A DNA stretch of 64,000 nucleotides from Candidatus Omnitrophota bacterium (GTDB taxonomy: Bacteria > Omnitrophota > Gorgyraeia > Gygaellales > Profunditerraquicolaceae), in assembly GCA_041663665.1 (NCBI GenBank), contig JBAYMG010000003.1, positions 86,910-150,909 of the forward strand, read 5' to 3'. Under the pieces are notes generated by a model. It was not told the DNA's origin. It was given only the letters and a program-made list of their open reading frames with translations, and did not search any database. A program made the translations under genes and the position numbers. Below, in pieces: positions 20,960-29,301 of this stretch (positions are counted from its first letter, which is position 1; each line of letters starts with the position of its first letter).

Positions 20960-23869
20960 ATGGATAAAATATTAGGTGGACTAAATAAAGAGCAGGTGGC
21001 GGCAGTTACACATAAAGATGGCCCGCTATTGATTATCGCTGGCGCTGGTACAGGTAAAACCAGGGTGATTACTCAGCGTATTGCTTGGCTGGTTGACCAG
21101 GGTTTGGCAAAAACCAATGAAATCCTGGCGCTTACTTTCACTGATAAGGCTGCTAAAGAAATGCAGGAGCGGGTAGATGTCCTGATGCCTTACGGTTATA
21201 CGGATATCTGGATTTCTACATTCCATGCTTTTGGCGACCGTGTTTTGCGGGAAAATGCTTTGGTTGCCGGACTAAATCCTGATTTTAAAGTACTTACTCA
21301 GCCGGAAGCGGCAGTGTTTTTCCGGGAGCATCTTTTTGAATTTCCGCTTGCTTATTACCGCCCGCTAGCTGAACCTACTCGATTTATCTCTGCGTTTATT
21401 TCATTTTTCAGCCGGGCAAAAGACGAAGATATATCAGCCCAGGAATATTTGAAATATGCTCAAGATTTTCTAATTGAATCTAAAACTGTTTTAGAAGATA
21501 AAGCTGCTGCGGAATTAGCTGTTGCGCAAATGGAATTGGCTCAAGCTTATGTCAAATACCAGGAGCTATTGGCTAAAGAAGGCTTAATTGATTTTGGCAA
21601 TCAGTTTTACTTAAGTTTAGAGCTTTTACGTTCTCATCCTTTAGTCCTGCAAAATTATCAGAAACAGTTTAAGTATATTTTAGTTGATGAATTTCAGGAT
21701 ACTAACTTTTCCCAATTTCAAATTGTAAAGCTTCTTGCTGGAAGATTGCAAAATATTACCGTAGTCGGTGATGATGATCAGTGTATTTATCGTTGGAGAG
21801 GGGCTGCTTACAGCAATATTTTAAATTTTATTAAAGATTATCCTGATGCTGAAAAAATTACGCTTATTCAAAATTATCGCTCTACTCAAGACATTCTGGA
21901 TAGTGCTTATCAGTTAATTCAATATAACAATCCTGAACGTTTTGAAGTAAAGGCTAAGATTGATAAGCATTTAATCGGTTTGCCTAAAAAAGGCCAGGGG
22001 CCGGTACCTTTGCGTTTTGACACTTATTCAACTGAATCTGATAATGTAAGTAAGATTATAAAAGATAAAGTAAGTTTAGGTAAGTTTAAGTATAATGATT
22101 TTGCCATTCTGGTCCGTTCTAATTCTGATGCTCAGGGTTTTATCCAATCGTTAAATATGGAAAATATTCCTTGGCAATTTAGCGGTAATCAAGGTTTATA
22201 TGGGCGCGAGGAGGTTAAGGTCTGCATTAATTTTTTACGTCTGATTGCTAATCCTTCGGATTCCTTAAGTTTGTATTATTTGGCTAGTTCTGAAATTTAT
22301 AATGCGGATTTAGCGGATTTGGCCTTATGTAATCATTATGCCCGGCGCAGGAATCTTTCACTTTATTCAGTTTTGCTTGAGCTTGAAAAAAATCCCGAGT
22401 TAGAATCAATAAAGGATAAGACTAAAGAAATTATCAGTAAGGTCTTGGCGGATATCGAAAAATTTCTTCAGGTTTCCCGGGCGGAAACAACCGGAAGGCT
22501 GCTTTATAGTTTTCTTACCGGTACCGGTTATCTCAAATATTTAACCCATGATCTTACTTTGGAAAAGGAAATTAAAATTCAAAACATTGCTAAATTTTTT
22601 AATCAGGTGCGTGATTATGAGCTAGTAGCCAAAGAAGATCGTGTGATTAGTTTTATTAGGCACCTTAATCTGCTTATTGAATCCGGTGACGATCCACCGA
22701 CCGTAGAAGCAGACCTAGATCAGGACGCGGTCAATATTTTGACCATGCATAAAGCCAAAGGGCTGGAATTTCGGGTTGTTTTTTTGGTTTGCTTGGTTCA
22801 AGGGAAATTTCCTGTTCCTAAACGTTCAGGCCAGATGGAGTTGCCTGATGCTTTAATTAAAGAAGTTTTGCCCAGTGGAGATTTCCATCTTCAGGAGGAG
22901 CGCAGGCTTTTTTATGTTGGAATGACGCGGGCAAAGGAGGAATTATATTTAACCAGTGCGGAAGATTATGGCGGTAAACGTATACGTAAGGAAAGCCAGT
23001 TTGTGCTCGAAGCGTTAGGGAGGAAGCCCGAAAATACAGATAAGAAGAAAGCTACCGCTATCCAAAGTATCCAGCGTTTTGCTCCGGCTTCTTTGTCAGT
23101 TAAATCAAATCTTACAAAGGTTCCTCCGGATAAGTTGATTGCTTTAAATTACTATAAGATCGATGATTATTTAACCTGCCCTTTAAAATATAAGTATGTA
23201 AATATTTTACGTGTGCCGATTATGGATCATCATACGGTTATTTACGGACGGGCAATGCATGAAGCAGTCAGCCAGTATTTTTTACGCAAGCTTAATGGGG
23301 ATAAAATGGAAATGGATGAGCTTTTAAGCTGTTTTCAGGTAAATTTTGATCCTCAGGGTTTTTTTGATGTTAATCATCAGGAAGAGCGCTTTCGTATAGG
23401 CCGTCAGGCTTTAATCAGGTTCTACAAGGAAGACCAGAATCGTGCTGCTGCGCCTAAATTTATTGAAAAAGAATTTTCTTTTGTTTTGGGAGATAATAAG
23501 ATTAGCGGGAGGTTTGACCGTATAGACCTGGAAGAAGCTGGTGCAGTGATTATGGATTTTAAAACCTCGGAGATTAAGACGCAAAAAGATGCGGATAAGC
23601 GGGTGAAAGAGAATAAGCAGTTAGCTCTTTATGGGCTTGCTTATCAGCATATTTTTGGGGCTTTACCGGTTGCAGTTGAACTATACTTTTTGGAATCCGG
23701 GATTATTGGCAGGCATGAACTTAGTTTGGATGACTTGGAAGGGGTAAAAGAGGATATTTTGAAGGTTTCCGATGGTATCCGCCAGCAAAATTTTATAGCT
23801 CATCCTGAATATAAGGCTTGTACTTATTGTGCCTATTGCCAAATCTGCCCATCTGCAGTAAGCCGTTAA
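20960..23869 (+). CDS. UvrD/PcrA-family SF1 helicase fused to a C-terminal PD-(D/E)XK (Cas4/AddB-like) nuclease with a Cys cluster
   Basis: Walker A AGAGTGKT, motif II LVDEFQDTN, motif VI LFYVGMTRAKEEL. C-terminal IMDFKTSE (D..ExK), QLALYGLAY, and Cys at TCPLKY plus CTYCAYCQIC at the extreme C-terminus. Confidence 0.8.
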   Translation: MDKILGGLNKEQVAAVTHKDGPLLIIAGAGTGKTRVITQRIAWLVDQGLAKTNEILALTFTDKAAKEMQERVDVLMPYGYTDIWISTFHAFGDRVLRENALVAGLNPDFKVLTQPEAAVFFREHLFEFPLAYYRPLAEPTRFISAFISFFSRAKDEDISAQEYLKYAQDFLIESKTVLEDKAAAELAVAQMELAQAYVKYQELLAKEGLIDFGNQFYLSLELLRSHPLVLQNYQKQFKYILVDEFQDTNFSQFQIVKLLAGRLQNITVVGDDDQCIYRWRGAAYSNILNFIKDYPDAEKITLIQNYRSTQDILDSAYQLIQYNNPERFEVKAKIDKHLIGLPKKGQGPVPLRFDTYSTESDNVSKIIKDKVSLGKFKYNDFAILVRSNSDAQGFIQSLNMENIPWQFSGNQGLYGREEVKVCINFLRLIANPSDSLSLYYLASSEIYNADLADLALCNHYARRRNLSLYSVLLELEKNPELESIKDKTKEIISKVLADIEKFLQVSRAETTGRLLYSFLTGTGYLKYLTHDLTLEKEIKIQNIAKFFNQVRDYELVAKEDRVISFIRHLNLLIESGDDPPTVEADLDQDAVNILTMHKAKGLEFRVVFLVCLVQGKFPVPKRSGQMELPDALIKEVLPSGDFHLQEERRLFYVGMTRAKEELYLTSAEDYGGKRIRKESQFVLEALGRKPENTDKKKATAIQSIQRFAPASLSVKSNLTKVPPDKLIALNYYKIDDYLTCPLKYKYVNILRVPIMDHHTVIYGRAMHEAVSQYFLRKLNGDKMEMDELLSCFQVNFDPQGFFDVNHQEERFRIGRQALIRFYKEDQNRAAAPKFIEKEFSFVLGDNKISGRFDRIDLEEAGAVIMDFKTSEIKTQKDADKRVKENKQLALYGLAYQHIFGALPVAVELYFLESGIIGRHELSLDDLEGVKEDILKVSDGIRQQNFIAHPEYKACTYCAYCQICPSAVSR

Positions 23870-23875
23870 TAAAAG

Positions 23876-23904
23876 TTGACAACCCTAAGTATTTGGATTA
23901 GAGT
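23876..23904 (+). promoter_or_regulatory. candidate promoter: TTGACA, 17-bp spacer, TAGAGT
   Basis: ttgaca at 23876-23881; tagagt at 23899-23904; 12 nt before the plsC ATG. Confidence 0.3.
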
Positions 23905-23915
23905 AAAAAATAGAA

Positions 23916-24644
23916 ATGAAAGCGATTACTTCAATAATTATCTGGATTGGCAGTATTTTGTTGACCATTTTACTGTTTTTTGTGGTTCTTGCCTTAACTA
24001 TCCTGCTTTTTCCATTTGATCGAAAAAACAAAATTACCCATGCTCAGTGTTTTTGGTGGGCGGATGCGGTGATTGGTTTAAACCCTTTCTGGGATGTGAA
24101 AGTCAGCGGCTTAGAGGATATTGACCATAAACGGGCCTATGTAGTTATTGCTAATCATCAAAGCATGGCGGATATTGTTGTTCTTTATAAAACTAAAATG
24201 CAGTTTAAGTGGGTGGCTAAGGCAAGTTTATTTAATATTCCTTTTATCGGTTGGTGTTTGAGCTTAATCAGGCATATTAAACTGGTTCGTGGAGATTTTG
24301 CGAGCATAAAAGAAGTATATCATCAGGCAAGCTGTTGGTTGCGTAAAGATATGTCGGTTTTGTTTTTTCCTGAAGGTACCCGCAGCACCAGCAATCAGAT
24401 GGGTGAGTTTCAGAATGGTGCATTTAAGCTGGCGATTAAAGAAAAGAAGCCGATACTGCCAATTTGTTTAAAGGGTACGCATGCTGCAATTCCCAAAGGG
24501 AGCAAATTTTTTGCGACAAAAGTTGAAGTTATTGTTTCGGTATTGCCGCCGATTGAAACTGACCAATTTGGCCCGGGAGACTTTACGCTATTAAAGGATA
24601 CTGTTTATACAAGAATTAAAGAAAAGCTGCTGGAATTAAAGTAA
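23916..24644 (+). CDS. plsC: 1-acyl-sn-glycerol-3-phosphate acyltransferase
   Basis: Acyltransferase HX4D (ANHQSMADI) and FPEGTRS motifs, with an N-terminal TM anchor. Confidence 0.85.
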   Translation: MKAITSIIIWIGSILLTILLFFVVLALTILLFPFDRKNKITHAQCFWWADAVIGLNPFWDVKVSGLEDIDHKRAYVVIANHQSMADIVVLYKTKMQFKWVAKASLFNIPFIGWCLSLIRHIKLVRGDFASIKEVYHQASCWLRKDMSVLFFPEGTRSTSNQMGEFQNGAFKLAIKEKKPILPICLKGTHAAIPKGSKFFATKVEVIVSVLPPIETDQFGPGDFTLLKDTVYTRIKEKLLELK

Positions 24645-25706
24645 ATGAAAAAAAAGTTTAAAATTTTGATTTTAGTTGGAATTATTCTGTTGGCCATTTT
24701 TATTACGGCCAATATTTTGCTAGGTGTTTTTGCTCCTAGGATTATTGAAAATCAGATCCAACAGAATTTAAAACTTAAAAGCAGCTTGGGTAAAATAAGT
24801 TTAAGTTTACCTTTTACGGTTACTCTTGAAAAATTAGAGGTGGGTAATTTTGCCAGTATTAAGAAGATATCATTTTCGCCGAATTTAATTGCTCTTATAT
24901 TTGGTAAAATAGTTATTCATGGCTTGGATGTTGTAGAGCCGGTGATCAGTCTCGAGTTATCAGCTGATGGTATGTTAAGTCTTCCGGTTCTGCCGCAGAG
25001 CGGTAAGCCTCCGGCAGTTTATTTGACCAGCCTGAAGGTAGAGAATGGGAAAATAATTTTTATTGACCGGAAAATAACTGTTGATGGTTTTAAGTTAGTT
25101 TTAGATAAGCTGAATGTAAGAGTAGCTAAAGTTTCCTTGCCAATTACATCGTTAGCTACTAATTTTAGTTTAAGCGCAGAATTGGTTAATTCGCATTCTT
25201 TTCCTTTTGGCAACATTCTATTTAGCGGATGGCTGGATTATTTGGCGCGTGATCTGGATGCGAAACTAGAGGTTAATGATTTGGATATAGCAAATTTTGC
25301 TCTCTATTACGGTAATTTTATATCGAACAAGAAACTTTCTTCAGGCCTGCTTAATTTGAGCTCTGCTTTTAAGGCCAGTAATAATAATTTACAGATTACT
25401 ACCGAATTTAATCTTTCAAAGTTAGTTTATATAAAAACCGATGAAGAGCAGCTGGATTTAAATTTAGCGAAAGATGCCCTGGATTTATTCACCGATTCAG
25501 AAGGTAATTTACGCTTAGAATTTAAAATTGATACTTTGTTAGATAATCCGGCATTGAGCCCGGATAAAATTAAAAAGATAGTATTAAAAGCGGCGATGAA
25601 AAATTTAGCCAGCCAGTCTCCGGAGCAGTTAGTTGATAAAGTAGCCAACGTGCTTGACAAGTACAAACAGATGGGTAAACAATTAAAAAGTATTTTTGGC
25701 CAATAA
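24645..25706 (+). CDS. AsmA/DUF748-like membrane-anchored protein
   Basis: N-terminal TM segment KILILVGIILLAIFITANILLG followed by a beta-rich repetitive periplasmic region. Assignment by overall similarity only. Confidence 0.45.
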   Translation: MKKKFKILILVGIILLAIFITANILLGVFAPRIIENQIQQNLKLKSSLGKISLSLPFTVTLEKLEVGNFASIKKISFSPNLIALIFGKIVIHGLDVVEPVISLELSADGMLSLPVLPQSGKPPAVYLTSLKVENGKIIFIDRKITVDGFKLVLDKLNVRVAKVSLPITSLATNFSLSAELVNSHSFPFGNILFSGWLDYLARDLDAKLEVNDLDIANFALYYGNFISNKKLSSGLLNLSSAFKASNNNLQITTEFNLSKLVYIKTDEEQLDLNLAKDALDLFTDSEGNLRLEFKIDTLLDNPALSPDKIKKIVLKAAMKNLASQSPEQLVDKVANVLDKYKQMGKQLKSIFGQ

Positions 25707-25718
25707 GAGGCTGGATGT

Positions 25719-26375
25719 ATGCAAGAAGTTAAATCTAAATCATTAAAGAATCTGGAAGAAAAAATGGAAGGGTTGGACGCGGGTTCCTTACGTTACCATA
25801 TTCTAGAAAGTGCTAAAAGTTTTAAATGTTCCTGGATAGAATTGGGACGTTCTTTGTATTCAGTCTGGAAAGATAAAATGTATAAGGAGTGGGGTTATCT
25901 TAATTTTGATGTTTATGTCAGCCGTGAAATAGGCATACGTAAACAGACGGCGATGAAGTTGCTTAAGTCGTATTATTTTTTAGAAAAAGAAGAGCCGCAA
26001 TATTTAAAGTCGGATTATACCGATCAAGCGCAAGCGGTTAATATCCCCAGTTATGAATCTGTCGATGTCTTGCGCCAGGCTAAGAATAAAAAAGGTTTGG
26101 ATGAAAATGACTACCGTTCTTTAAAAAAAGAAATATTTGAAAAAGGCAAAGATGCTGTTGAAGCAAAAAAGAACTTAGGAGTAATCATCCGGCAAAGGCA
26201 AGAGTTGGATCCTGAAGAAATACAAGAAAAAAAGAAGCTTTCCGCATTGAAAAGGCTTATCGGCCAGCTGCGTTTACTTAAAACCGAGGTTCAGACGTTA
26301 AGGTTGCTTTCTGAAGCGCGAGTCAATGAGTTGGATGCTTTAATCAAAAATATTGATTTAGAAATAGGAGAGTAA
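25719..26375 (+). CDS. hypothetical protein (possible HTH-like N-terminal domain, Lys/Glu-rich coiled-coil C-terminus)
   Basis: 218-aa ORF with SD AAGAGG. No family recognised from sequence. Confidence 0.4.
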   Translation: MQEVKSKSLKNLEEKMEGLDAGSLRYHILESAKSFKCSWIELGRSLYSVWKDKMYKEWGYLNFDVYVSREIGIRKQTAMKLLKSYYFLEKEEPQYLKSDYTDQAQAVNIPSYESVDVLRQAKNKKGLDENDYRSLKKEIFEKGKDAVEAKKNLGVIIRQRQELDPEEIQEKKKLSALKRLIGQLRLLKTEVQTLRLLSEARVNELDALIKNIDLEIGE

Positions 26376-26381
26376 TTTCAG

Positions 26382-26795
26382 ATGGCCGAGGTTAAAGAAA
26401 AAACAATGACCCTTGAGCAAAGAATGGCCCATCTGGGTGTTCGTGAAGAGGATATTGTTGAGAGTTTTATCCGCTCAGGCGGACCGGGCGGCCAGAATGT
26501 TAATAAAACCTCTACTTGTGTATATTTAAAACATCGTCCTACCGGAATAGAGGTAAAATGCCAGCGGCAGCGTTCTCAGCTTTTAAATCGTTCATTGGCC
26601 AGGCATATTCTTTTAAGCAAGATCGCCAATCGAATTCAGCAGGATAATTTAGCTCAGCAATCATTTAAGGCTAAAGTCATGCGTAGGAATCGCCTGAAGC
26701 CCCAAGGTCTTAAAAAAAGGATCCTGGAAGATAAGCGTAGGCATGGGGAGAAGAAATTTGTGCGTAGAAAAATTCGTGAGATTGAAGTTGCATAA
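26382..26795 (+). CDS. arfB: alternative ribosome-rescue factor ArfB (peptidyl-tRNA hydrolase, RF-1 domain protein)
   Basis: 137 aa with GGQ motif (IRSGGPGGQNVNKTSTCV) and a basic C-terminal tail (KRRHGEKKFVRRKIRE). Confidence 0.85.
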   Translation: MAEVKEKTMTLEQRMAHLGVREEDIVESFIRSGGPGGQNVNKTSTCVYLKHRPTGIEVKCQRQRSQLLNRSLARHILLSKIANRIQQDNLAQQSFKAKVMRRNRLKPQGLKKRILEDKRRHGEKKFVRRKIREIEVA

Positions 26796-26835
26796 ATATT
26801 TTATTGTGCTAACATATAAAGAAATAAAGAAGTAA

Positions 26836-26864
26836 TTGACTTGTTAGGTTTATTATCGTATAAT
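26836..26864 (+). promoter_or_regulatory. consensus sigma70 promoter for rpsO-pnp: TTGACT, 17-bp spacer, TATAAT
   Basis: ttgact at 26836-26841; tataat at 26859-26864; about 24 nt upstream of the rpsO start. Confidence 0.6.
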
Positions 26865-26887
26865 CTTAAAAAAATGGAGGTAGAGAT

Positions 26888-27157
26888 TTGGTTTTGGTCA
26901 AGGAACAGAAAGCAAAATTAATTGATGATTTTAAAGTGCATTCCCGAGACACGGGAAGTGCTGAAGTTCAGATAGCTATTCTTACCGGGAGAATTAATGA
27001 TTTAGGGCTACACTTTAAAACACATAAAAAAGATCTTCATTCCCGCCGAGGCTTACTCCTTTTAGTAAGCAGGCGCCGCAGGCTTCTCAAGTATCTTAAG
27101 GATAAGGATATGAAAAAGTACGAAGAAGTCCTTGAAAAACTTAAGCTTAGAAAGTAA
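26888..27157 (+). CDS. rpsO: 30S ribosomal protein S15 (TTG start)
   Basis: ..[37 protein letters not shown]..; GGAGG 7 nt upstream of TTG 26888. Confidence 0.9.
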   Translation: MVLVKEQKAKLIDDFKVHSRDTGSAEVQIAILTGRINDLGLHFKTHKKDLHSRRGLLLLVSRRRRLLKYLKDKDMKKYEEVLEKLKLRK

Positions 27158-27198
27158 ACCCCGCAAGTTTTAATTCATAAAAAAGAAAGAGCTAATTT

Positions 27199-29292
27199 AT
27201 GCAGACGAAAAGTTTAAAAATTAAATTTGGAAAAAATGACCTAGTTTTAGAAACTGGAAAAATTGCCAAGCAAGCCAATGGTTCGGTTGTGCTTACTTAT
27301 GGTTCAACGGTTATTTTGGTTACGGCTTGTATGTCACGCGAAATTAGAGAAGGCCAGGATTTTTTTCCGCTTACTGTTGAGTACCAGGAGAAAACTTATG
27401 CTGCCGGTAGGATTCCCGGTGGTTTTTTTAAGCGTGAAGGAAGGCCTTCTGAGAGTGAAATATTGGGTTCTCGTTTAATTGACCGTCCGATAAGGCCGTT
27501 ATTTCCGGAAGGATTTTTAAATGAAGTTCAGATTGTCGCCCTTGTTTTATCAAGTGACGGAGAAAATGACCCGAATGTTTTGGCATTAATTGGAGCAAGC
27601 GCAGCCCTGTCTATTTCGGATATTCCCTTTAACGGGCCGTTAGCCAGCTGTCGGGTTGCCCGGGTCAATGGTGAGTTGATACTTAATCCTACTTATGCTG
27701 AAATCGAAAGTTCTGATTTAGAAGTAGTCGTGGCCTGCAATAAAAATGGTGTCGTGATGCTTGAATCAAAAGCCAAAGAGGTTTCTGAAGAGGATTATCT
27801 TGAGGCGGTAAAATTTGGGATGGATAGTTTAGCAGCTATAATTAGTTTGCAGGAAGAATTTGCCCGTCTTTATGGCCAGCCTAAAGTTAAGGTTACTTTA
27901 AAATTAATTGATCCGGTTCTAATGCAGAAGATTGAGTCTCTGGCTTCCGATAAGCTAGCTAAAATATATAAATTAGGTAAAAAAGAGAATCGTGAAGAAG
28001 AGGTAGCATTATTAGCCAAGGGATTAGAAGAAAATTTAGCTAGTGAAGAATTTTTGAAGGCCGATATTTCTACAGCTTTGCATGAGTTGGAAAAGAGGCA
28101 AGTTCGTTTGATGATTGTGAATGATAGCATCCGTGTCGACGGACGTGCGATTAAGGAGATTCGTCCAATTACCTGCGAAGTTTCTGTTTTGCCGCGTACT
28201 CACGGATCCAGCCTTTTTACGCGAGGTCAAACTCAGAGCCTGGCGATAACTACTTTAGGTACCGGCGAGGATGAGCAGTTAATTGAATCCTTAAGCGGAG
28301 AAAAGAAAAAATCATTTATGCTGCATTATAATTTTCCTTCTTTTAGTGTTGGTGAAACTCGGCCAATACGCAGCCCGGGCAGGCGTGAAATCGGGCATGG
28401 TGCTTTAGCTGAGAAGGCTTTACTGATTGTAATGCCCTCAAAAGAAAAATTCCCTTATACTGTCAGAGTCGTTTCTGAAATTCTAGAATCCAATGGTTCT
28501 AGTTCTATGGCTTCTGTTTGTGCTGCCACGCTTTCATTAATGGACGCTGGTGTTCCGATTAAAAGCCCGGTTGGCGGAGTTGCTTTAGGATTAATTAAGG
28601 AAGGTAATAAAACGATAATTTTAACCGATATTGCCGGCCTTGAAGACCATTTTGGTGATATGGATTTTAAGGTTGCCGGAACACGGGCTGGAGTTACTGC
28701 TGTTCAGCTGGATCTTAAAATCGACGGAATTTCTTTAGATTTGCTTAAAGAATGCTTACTGCAGTCAAAAGAAGGCCGGTTATTTATTTTAGATAAAATG
28801 AGCACAGCTTTAAATACTCCGCGTGAGCAGCTTTCTAGTTTTGCTCCACGCATTGATGTCCTGAAAATTCCTATTGAGAAAATCGGTGAGCTTATCGGCC
28901 CAGGCGGTAAAACGATTAAGGCTATAATTGCCTCAACCGGAGCCAGTATTGATATTAAGGATGATGGTACAGTTTTGGTCGGTTCAGTTGATGCTGAAAA
29001 GTCTGAAGCTGCGATAAAAATGATTAAGGCTATTACCAATGATGTCGAAGTAGGTAAGATTTACTTAGGTAAGGTGAAGCGTATTATGCAATTTGGCGCT
29101 TTTGTTGAAATAGCCCCGCGTAAAGAGGGGTTAGTTCATGTATCTGAGCTGTCTAGCACATTTGTCAAGAAAATCGATGACTTGGTTAAAGTTGGTGATG
29201 AATTTAAAGTTAAAGTTATTGGTGTTGATGAGTTGGGCAGGATTAACTTAAGTAAAAAACAAGCCGAAGCAGGGGAAACAAAAATAGATTAA
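27199..29292 (+). CDS. pnp: polynucleotide phosphorylase (polyribonucleotide nucleotidyltransferase)
   Basis: Two RNase PH domains, then KH (IGPGGKTIKAI) and S1 (GKIYLGKVKRIMQFGAFVEI) domains. 697 aa. Confidence 0.95.
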   Translation: MQTKSLKIKFGKNDLVLETGKIAKQANGSVVLTYGSTVILVTACMSREIREGQDFFPLTVEYQEKTYAAGRIPGGFFKREGRPSESEILGSRLIDRPIRPLFPEGFLNEVQIVALVLSSDGENDPNVLALIGASAALSISDIPFNGPLASCRVARVNGELILNPTYAEIESSDLEVVVACNKNGVVMLESKAKEVSEEDYLEAVKFGMDSLAAIISLQEEFARLYGQPKVKVTLKLIDPVLMQKIESLASDKLAKIYKLGKKENREEEVALLAKGLEENLASEEFLKADISTALHELEKRQVRLMIVNDSIRVDGRAIKEIRPITCEVSVLPRTHGSSLFTRGQTQSLAITTLGTGEDEQLIESLSGEKKKSFMLHYNFPSFSVGETRPIRSPGRREIGHGALAEKALLIVMPSKEKFPYTVRVVSEILESNGSSSMASVCAATLSLMDAGVPIKSPVGGVALGLIKEGNKTIILTDIAGLEDHFGDMDFKVAGTRAGVTAVQLDLKIDGISLDLLKECLLQSKEGRLFILDKMSTALNTPREQLSSFAPRIDVLKIPIEKIGELIGPGGKTIKAIIASTGASIDIKDDGTVLVGSVDAEKSEAAIKMIKAITNDVEVGKIYLGKVKRIMQFGAFVEIAPRKEGLVHVSELSSTFVKKIDDLVKVGDEFKVKVIGVDELGRINLSKKQAEAGETKID

Positions 29293-29301
29293 TTTTTAGA
29301 A

